Assembly: GCF_964355755.1 (NCBI RefSeq)
Contig: NC_092674.1
Coordinates: forward strand, 6,200,001-6,264,000
Origin: Antedon mediterranea
Lineage: Eukaryota > Animalia > Echinodermata
DNA: 64,000 bases
Direction: 5' to 3'
In this document: in pieces, positions 55,667 to 64,000 of the stretch
Numbering within the stretch: the first letter of the stretch is position 1
Layout of the letters: each line of letters opens with the position of its first letter
Notes under the pieces: generated by a model
The model's database searches: none
The model's input: only the letters and a program-made list of their open reading frames with translations
What the model was told of the DNA's origin: nothing
Program-made: the position numbers and the translations under genes

Positions 55667-58600
55667 AATCAATCAATCAATCAATAATTTTTATTTCTCA
55701 AATAAAAACAAAATACAAATTTCTAAAAGTAATAGATAATAAATGAGAAAAAGGGGTACCCCACTGGAAGCTTAAGCTTTAAAATGTGGGGTCCTGGCAA
55801 CATAATTAAAAATAAGGTAAGGTAAGAAATATATATAATATATGATAATGAACAAAAAAGACATTTAACTTAACAAATGCAGTTATTATTTGACTTAAGA
55901 CAGATATATGATCAACTTAAACAATAATAGTAGAAACAAGGTATTCATGTAGTTTGAACTTAAATGAAGATATAAAATTAATCATTTTAATTTCATCTGG
56001 TAAAGAATTCCAAATTTTTGGTCCTTGAAAAGTTATATCATGCTTGCCAACCTCCGTATTAAAACAATCATAAGCATAATCAAATTTATTTCTGGTATTA
56101 TAATTATGAACTGAACTAAAAGTTTGAAAATAAGTATCAAAAATTCTGGGCAGTTGATTATGTTTGAATTTAAACATAAATAAAGCAACATTTTTTGTAA
56201 GTAAGTCGTAAATATTAAGTGTATTAGATAAGACAAAAAGAGGAGCAGAATGGTGGAGGTAATGAACATTATAAACTGATCTTAAAGCTCTTTTTTGCAA
56301 AATATAAATACGGTTTAAATTAATTTTTGAAGTAAAACCCCAAACGGTTATACCATAAATTAAATGTGGCAAAAAGAGTGATTTATAAATTAATAGTAAA
56401 ACGGAGGAAGGCAAGGCATGTTTAAGTTTATTGAGGACACCGACCACTCTTGATAGTTTTAATGAAATTGTATTAATATGAGAAATAAAAGATAAGTATT
56501 CGTCAATAAAAATGCCAAGAAATGTTGTTGCTTTAGTTCTTTCAATTTCGCTGATGCCGTAATATAATTTAGGAATGTTGGGGGGGGGGGGGGATTAGTT
56601 TATTAACTGAACGAAAAATAATAAATTTGGTTTTTTTAATATTTAACAAAAGCTTATTTGATTTTAACCAGTTTGCAATTTTAGTAAGTTCTTGATTCAT
56701 TGAAATAATAGCTTGGTAGATGTCCTTATGATTAATAAATAAACTTGTATCATCTGCAAACATAACAATTTCAGCACAGTCACTAATATAATTTAAATCA
56801 TTAATAAATAACAGAAATAAAAGCGGACCAAGGATGGATCCCTGTGGAACACCACACGAAACTGGCCGCAGCTCAGAGACAATATCATTGATTGATATAT
56901 ATTGATGTCTGTTACTTAAATAATTTTCGAACCACTTAAGTGGTATACCTCTTATACCATAGAAACGTAACTTATTAATTAAAATATCATGAGAAATACA
57001 ATCAAAAGCCTTTGACAGGTCAATAAAAACTCCTAAAGTAAATTGTTTATTATCAATAGCAGACAAAATATTATGGATTGAATGATGGATGGCATGTATT
57101 GTAGAATGTTGGGAACGAAAACCAAACTGAGAATTGCTGAGGATGTTAAACTTTGTAAGAAATGGAATAGTTTGATCATAAACTATTCTTTCAAGAAGTT
57201 TAGAAATAGTTGGCAAGATGGAGATGGGCCTATAGTTATTGATATTTGAGACCTCACCACCTTTATGGATGGGTACAACTTTAGCAATTTTCATTGCATT
57301 TGGAACCACACCCTTTACTAAAGACATGTTCATTATGAATGTTAGTGGTATAGCTAATGCCAATGGACATATCTTTAGTATATATGGACCAATGTTATCA
57401 AAACCAGGAGCTGTTGATTTTAAATTATTTATGTATGTTACTAATTCTTGTTCACATACAGGTTTGAAAAATAATGATGAAGGAAAATTACCCTGAAGGA
57501 AATCATTGTAAGGTTGAACATTGCCATTGAATGGAGTATTCGAAAAAGAATTTGCAATATTTGAGAAAAATGAATTAAAAGCTTCGGCTTTTTCTTTGTC
57601 ATTTGTATTTTCACATTGACCATTTATTAGTTTAGCTGGGAATGAATTTTTCCTTTTTCTATCCATTACATTATTAATTTCGCGCCATGTACTTTTCATA
57701 TCACCTTCACATTTACCAAATACATTGTTATAGTGCTCTTGTTTACTATATCTAATAATACTATTTAGTTTGTTTCTATAACAACAATATTTTTTCCAAT
57801 GTGAAGGTGATGACGAAGCTTTATATCTAGCATACAGCTTTTGCCTGGTTTTGATTGACTTGGCTATACCTTCAGTTATCCAAGGTGATTTGAGCTTGTT
57901 TGCTCGAGTACGAATATTTTGCAGTGGAAAATGTCTGTTTATACAATCGTTAAGTATGTTATTAAAACTAGAAAAAGCTATGTTTACATCACTTTGTTCA
58001 AGTACTTCATTCCAGCTTATGTTATTTACATTTTCAATGAATTCTTGTTTAGATCTATCATTGTAAATACGTTTCTTAATGAATTTAGGTGGTTTTTTTT
58101 TAATATGGAAGGATGAGTTAATACAAAATGTGGGAAAATGATCAGATAAATCGACAGTAAATATTCCGGATGTGAAAGAGGGATACAAGGATTCAATATT
58201 ACAGTAGATATTATCAATAATAGTAGAGCTATGCAAGGTAATTCTGGTTGGATTAGTAATAACAGGCTGAAATGAATGACTGAAAATATTATCAATGTGA
58301 TCCTGGACATATTGATCTGTACTAAGAAGGTTGATGTTAAAATCACCAGCTAAGTACGCCATTTTTTTATCTTCATTAATAATTTTCATGACTGATGATA
58401 GGTCCATATTTAAGGTGTTAGCGTTGGTGTCAGGTGGACGGTATATAATTCCAGCAATAATATTTTTACCAGAGTTATTCTCAATTTCAATAAAAATTGA
58501 TTCAGCTGACGTAATTAGGCTTGAGAGATCATATCTCCTTTTAAAGGCAACATGAGTTGAAACGTATAGTGCAACGCCACCACCTTTTTTATGTTCCCTG

Positions 58601-58670
58601 TTATTTAAAATAAGGTTGTAATTTGGAATGCTTAGCAGATTGGTGTCGGTAGAATCCTTAATCCAAGTTT
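55667..58670 (-). mobile_element. 5'-truncated non-LTR retrotransposon (L2/CR1 group, Crack/Daphne-like); APE endonuclease + RT ORF2 with one frameshift
   Basis: ETW...GGGVALYV...IYRPP...GDFNINLL...IIDNIY...SDHFP (APE); NYRPISILP, QFGFR, FIDLSKAFD, GVPQGSILGPLLFL, MFADDT (RT); (TTGA)n 3' tail; 7-bp TSD CATATTC (55660-55666 / 58671-58677). Confidence 0.95.
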
Positions 58671-58953
58671 CATATTCGCTTCAGTTTACAATTGGTAACA
58701 TTTTGTTTGTACTACACACAAAAAGCGACGTTTAAACATTGTCAGATTAATGTTTCTTATTCGAATTAAAAGATTTGCTTTTTAACATATTTCGATTTAG
58801 TTTTTATCAATTTGCTGATTTTATTCTGACAGGAATTTGTCATCTCCTCGTTTTTATTTTCATCGTAAACGTGCTTCACATTTGGTATACCTACTATTCT
58901 CCGAATTTTCTGTAACTATTGTTTACTTCATTCAACTGTTTAGGCATTACTAA

Positions 58954-59132
58954 AGCTTGGTTCCCACTAGAACGTAACGCAAGGATGTAAACGCAACGCA
59001 AGCATTTTAACCAATGACAAGCGAAGTTATAGACCGTTAGCAATCACAAGCGAATAAACCATCGCTTGTGATTGGTCAATTCACTTGCGTTGCGTTACGT
59101 CCTTGCGTTGCGTCGCTAGTGGGAACCACGCT
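58954..59132. mobile_element. MITE family B copy
   Basis: AGCTTGGTTCCCACTAGAACGTAACGCAAGG...CTAGTGGGAACCACGCT, flanked by TAA/TTA. Confidence 0.85.
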
Positions 59133-59206
59133 TTAATTAAGCGATCTACTTCACACCACATGTAGCTAGAAGTCAATGTTTTTTTATTAGAATTATTTTG
59201 ACAGGA

Positions 59207-59509
59207 TCACTCCGATTTTGTTTTCATCACTCCGATCTTGTTTTCATCGCTTCGATTTTGTTTTCATCGCTCCGATTTAGTTTTCATCACTCCGATTTTG
59301 TTGTCATCACTCCGATTTTGTTTTCATCACTCCGATTTTGCATTCATCACTCCGATTTTGCTTTCATCGCTCCGATTTTGCTTTCATTGCTCCGATTTTG
59401 CTTTCATCGCTCCGATTTTGTTTTCATCGCTCCGATTTTGTTTTCATCGCTCCGATTTTGTTTTCATCACTCCGATTTTGTTTTCATCACTCCGATTTTG
59501 TTTTCATCG
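59207..59509. repeat. 20-bp minisatellite, ~15 copies
   Basis: TCACTCCGATTTTGTTTTCA / TCGCTCCGATTTTGTTTTCA unit. Confidence 0.95.
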
Positions 59510-59798
59510 TTACCGGTTTTTTTTCGAATTAGGCTATTTTGGTTTACATCTTTTTTTAGCGCATGTGAATAGTTGTCTTTTCTCTTTATACTTCGATTTT
59601 TATGTCATCATTTTATTTCCTGCTTTGTGTCATCATTGTTTATTTGTTTCAACTTTATTTACGTAAGTATTGACGGTTGGTACTTTTTCATTCTAACACC
59701 TTGTTTTCACAATATAGATTTTAGCCAGCCATCATGTTAGAACGCATATAAGGCTGTACATGTATAACCACGGAGAAATAATTTCTTTTTTAGTATAA

Positions 59799-59890
59799 AG
59801 CCTTGTCTACACTATCAAACTTTATGTGACAAAAAAAATGGACATGATGATGTCATATTACTACCATATTTGGGCACATCACTACCATCA
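59799..59890. mobile_element. MITE family A partial copy
   Basis: AGCCTTGTCTACACTATCAAACTTTATGTGAC plus internal repeat. Confidence 0.7.
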
Positions 59891-60775
59891 CTAGTGTAGC
59901 TTATTTAGTTTAGGCCTACTTTATAACTCATGCAATTTGTTTATTGAAGTGTTTTGATCTAAGCATCGTATTTTGTTTACTATGCTTATTCTGTAAATAA
60001 CGCTTCAATCTATCTATTAATTCCTGTAGAGCTCATAAGCAACAACTTTAGTCTATATAGGCTATAGACTGCATGCATTATAACTTGTGCTATTTTATAT
60101 ATGTGTCAGTGATGTAAGCGTGAGATATAATAACTGCTATGATCAAGGCGGTTGTTAGAGTGCCTTGATCATTCTTTAAGAGTTCAGATCTAAGTAACGC
60201 TTTTAGATTGTCTATGTATTCATGCCTAAGTATTTATAATAAATAAATAAATAGATAAATAAATAATAAAGTAAAGCATTCACTTGATAGACTGTCCATT
60301 TTTCAGTAGTGTTTATCTGTGCATTTATAGTCTATCTATGCATTTAGTCTATACTCCCATTCTAGCTCTAGTGCTAAATGTTAGGCCTACATTGTATATT
60401 ATGAAGTATTTAGATCTAAGTATGCATATTTTAAGTCTAGGATATGCATCCTAGCCATGTTTATTCATGTAATATCTAGTACTTAGTAAGCCTAATGGAT
60501 TTAGGCTATACACCATATAGTAGTGTGCACGTAGTGTTTGAAAGATCGAAGTAATGTATTTATACTCTTCCTTAGGTTGATTTTGGCAAAGGCCTGACAC
60601 TAGCATAGTTTATGTAGGATTGGAAGCAACATAAGGCTATAGCAACATGACAAGCGACATTCAAATCCATCGCTAGTGATTGGTCAACTCACTTACGTCA
60701 CGTCCTTGTGTTGCGTCTGTAGAGCGACTGACGTAATAAAAATAGTAACTATACTGACGTACTAATTTAAGCCAA

Positions 60776-61025
60776 AACGTAATAAACTTACCCACTAACG
60801 TAATAATAAACTTATCTACTATAAACTTAACCACTAATAAACTTAACCACTAATAAACTTAACCACTAATAAACTTAACAACTAATAAACTTAACAACTA
60901 ATAAACTTAACCACTATAAACTTAACCACTATAAACTTAAACACTAACGTAATAAACTTAACCACTAACGTAATAAACTTAATCACTAACGTAATAAACT
61001 TAACCAGTACTAACGTAATAAACTT
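60776..61025. repeat. 16-21-bp AT-rich minisatellite upstream of SRD5A3
   Basis: (AACG)TAATAAACTTAACCACT unit repeated ~13 times. Confidence 0.9.
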
Positions 61026-61332
61026 CTGACTATTCGTCTGTCAATTTTCTCTCGTAAACATTTTCTGCAGACAGCTGGTGTTGCTGTCGACGTTTCTGCA
61101 TGTGTTCCCCTTCTTCCATCATTCTTTGAAATCATTTGGCACTCAATAAAGGGGATTCATTTTAAATTTGAATAATTCAGTACTTCTTTCAGTAATTTAA
61201 AATATGATCCATATAATGGACCAATTTAAAGTATCGTAGACTTTTATACCAGACGTACTGTTCAAAGTTCACTATGCTCAACCTACCAATTTGGTATACT
61301 GAATGTACCTGATTCTTTCTTTAGTTGTTGAC

Positions 61333-63091
61333 ATGGCTGAGTTTTTTGGGGCTTGTTTTCTTGTTTATCACTGGTGTGGCTTCTCTGTAGGGTTCATTTT
61401 ATTATGGATTCTATTTGCAAGCCCTTACACACCACTCTTCATTAAGGACTTGTCAATGTATGGTAAAGTGGTGTCCGCAAGAAGCAAAACAATAATTGAA
61501 AAAGTGATCCAGATCCCCAAAAGGTAGGCAGGCTGGCTGGCTGGTATCGGCTGGCTAGGCATCCATTTAGAGTGGCCGCAATTCAGCCGCATATAGCCGG
61601 CCGTAGTGTATAGAGGGCCTACGGGGCACTGGCCTTAGCACGAAGAGGTTAAATAAAAAGCTAGGATAGAGGAAGACCTGGATAATTGATAAGATAAGAT
61701 AAGCTTAGGATCAATTAGTCAAAAAGGCTTAACTAGTGAATGAGCTTTCAATATCTAGGCCAGCATGACTTCACAATCTATGAACATTGGATTTTCATTT
61801 GTTCCTTGAGGCTTGTATGGAGAGACGAGAGTGCCTTCAGAATTTCAGAAAACAATAATAAATATAGTTATTATTAATATTATTAGTAACTTAAATTTAA
61901 ATTCAGTTTTGTGCTTCTAGTTCATTGAACATAAAATAAAAAAATGCAAACAGATTTCAATAAAATTGTAGTCTAATATTTATAAGCCGTAGCTTGTCTC
62001 ATGTGTGTCCCTCGACATGTTTCTATATATATTATCCTGTCTACTATCTAACTATATAGGGGGCAAACTTGCAGATGAAAGAAGTGTTTTTCCAGCCTTG
62101 AATTGGTTGATTCAGATTTTATGACCGTTGACGGTAATTTATTCCAAATAATAATAATATAGTTTTGCATAATATTATATTATATTTTGTCGTTTTTTTC
62201 TTTTATTTCAGTTATTTCAAACATTATTACCTAACATCAATGATTAGCAATGGTTACTTGCTGTGGGTTTTGGTGAACGTTTACTTTCTTGGAGGACAAG
62301 CACCCTCTTGGTACATCAAATGTGTTCAGATGCTTACCTATTACCCAGTAAACAAACCATCAGGTATTTTAGACTCTTATTTAAAACTGATTTAAGAAAA
62401 AATTAAATTTGTAGGAATGATAATGATGAGTAAACAAGTATTTACAATTAAGACGTACTGTAGCTACAATTCACACACTTTGTGTACCATGCATTCCCTA
62501 ATAATCTACCGTTCTCTCCAAAATTTCTCAAGGCAATAGTCGGTAAAGCCACCCTTTTATACTCAATATAAACAATGGGGAGTGAAGAAAAACCCCTAAA
62601 AAATGGTAGTGCAATGGCTTTTGAACCTTGATCTATTGTAACGTAGGAAGCCATTCGCCTGGCCTAGCTTGAAGCAATAACTCATTACAGGGTACTTGCA
62701 TCAAACGTCATAGCTCCCTCTATTTAGTAATTTGGAGTGGCAATAGCCTTACTGTAACTATATATTCTAAATCTGCAGAATTCACAAACTTCCTCATGAA
62801 AATATTGCTGATATCATAATAAATACATAAATGCATGAAAAACGTTGTACAAATGAAAGAATAGATGACGTTTTATAATTGCTATTATTATCTTTTCAGT
62901 GTCGCATCTTTCGGTGCTGTTAATGGCTACAGTGATCGTGTTTCAAGGTACAAAGCGTTTCTTAGAGTGCGTCATATTAAGCAAGTACTCAAAGGCTACC
63001 ATGAATGTAGTTCATTACGTTCTTGGTATAACATTTTATCTCTTTTGTGGATTTTCATTGATAAGTGAAGCACCAGATTTAAGTAAGCCTG
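61333..63091 (+). CDS. SRD5A3: Polyprenol reductase / steroid 5-alpha-reductase 3; 5' part, continues beyond window
   Basis: Exons 61333 (or 61303)-61523, 62212-62363, 62900-63091: ...DLSMYGKV...IQIPKSYFKHYY...QGTKRFLECVILSKYSKATMNVVHYVLGITFY, matching the YGK / VPKxxFxHFY / RRLxEC...M.VxxYxxG pattern of SRD5A3/DFG10 proteins. Confidence 0.85.
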
Positions 63092-63277
63092 GTGAGTATC
63101 CCTTACTCCATGGTATCCCTAGAAGGTAATATGATTTTTATTAACACATTGAAACACCGGTTTTCGTCCATTCACCAAAGTTAATCAATGGTTTGGATGG
63201 AAGACTATATGACAATATCAAGTGCTGTATAGACAAAATGTAGCTGGGGTCCCATCAAGCCCCACCCCTGCATCTAG

Positions 63278-63865
63278 TACCCCTTTCACACAAGTGAAAG
63301 GGGTACAAGCAAAACTCCGGAGACACTCCAGAGGCACCCCGGAGTTGACGCCCCGCTGTTTGGTGTGAAAGGTAAAATCAAGCAACTCCGGAGTTTAAAA
63401 CTGCGGGGTTGAACAGCTGAACATTCTCCGGAGAGCGAACTGCAGGGACACCCCGGTGTTTTGGTGTGAAAGGTACCAACATCAAACTCCGGAGTGTTTC
63501 GGGTCAAAAGGTCATCCTCACACGATCACTCATTGCTTTAGTTTTATTTCAAAATACTTTAAATATTTGTACAAAATATATAGCGGGTTTAAAAAATAAT
63601 AAATAGTATCAATAAAACATTATATTACTTCTGAGACTTTTGAAAGTAATTATTAAATTAAAAATGTTGTTAATTAAAATTATTCTAATAATCGTCGCTA
63701 TGTAAAAAAAAATAGAGGGCGACATTTACAATTTTATTTTATTAACCCCGGTGTTGCTAGGTTGGTGTGAAAGGGGTATCTCCGGAGTGTCTCGACGTTT
63801 TGAATGGTCATAAACACCCCGTGGTGTCTCCGGAGACACACCAGAGTTTTGGTGTGAAAGGGGTA
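63278..63865. mobile_element. Non-autonomous DNA transposon (~590 bp), PIF/Harbinger-like, in SRD5A3 intron
   Basis: TIR TACCCCTTTCACAC...GTGTGAAAGGGGTA; 3-bp TSD TAG (63275-63277 / 63866-63868); internal reiterated GGTGTGAAAGG and CTCCGGAG motifs. Confidence 0.82.
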
Positions 63866-63933
63866 TAGTATCTGCCTCAGCCTTTCTTCTGGGGACTCAA
63901 AATGGTCCTAGCTTAGTCTACATTCATGGATGA

Positions 63934-64000
63934 AACTATCAAACTTTATGTGACAAAAAATAGTGATGTGCATAATGATGTCATATCACTACCGTATTTG
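63934..64000. mobile_element. MITE family A partial copy at window edge
   Basis: ACTATCAAACTTTATGTGACAAAAAA...GATGTCATATCACTACC. Confidence 0.7.

Noticed and set aside
59198-59666. ORFs with FCFHHSDF / ITPILFSS repeats
   Set aside because: Translation of the 20-bp minisatellite

Overview
AT-rich, intron-rich eukaryotic (invertebrate animal, probably marine deuterostome) genomic DNA. Reading splice sites by hand gives seven protein-coding genes: the 3' half of ABCE1 (+), MCTS1 (-, with a U12-type intron), CWF19L2 (+), LIAS (-), TRMT9B/KIAA1456 (+), an unrecognised 425-aa single-pass receptor-like gene with a tyrosine-motif-rich tail (+), and the 5' part of SRD5A3 (+). Non-coding DNA is dense in mobile elements: two large foldback DNA transposons with TAG...CTA ends and 3-bp TSDs (Academ-like; one keeps transposase remnants in both arms), several PIF/Harbinger-type MITE families, tRNA-Deu SINEs, a young 5'-truncated L2/CR1-group LINE, a Rex/Babar fragment, Penelope-type hammerhead-like motifs and several minisatellites. 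The most unusual observations are a CWF19L2 intron that is a 4x tandem copy of itself with 6-nt in-frame candidate microexons, triplicated 3' splice sites in front of the last MCTS1 exon, and the orphan receptor with a possible secreted splice isoform. All gene models were derived by eye and none has been checked against transcript data.
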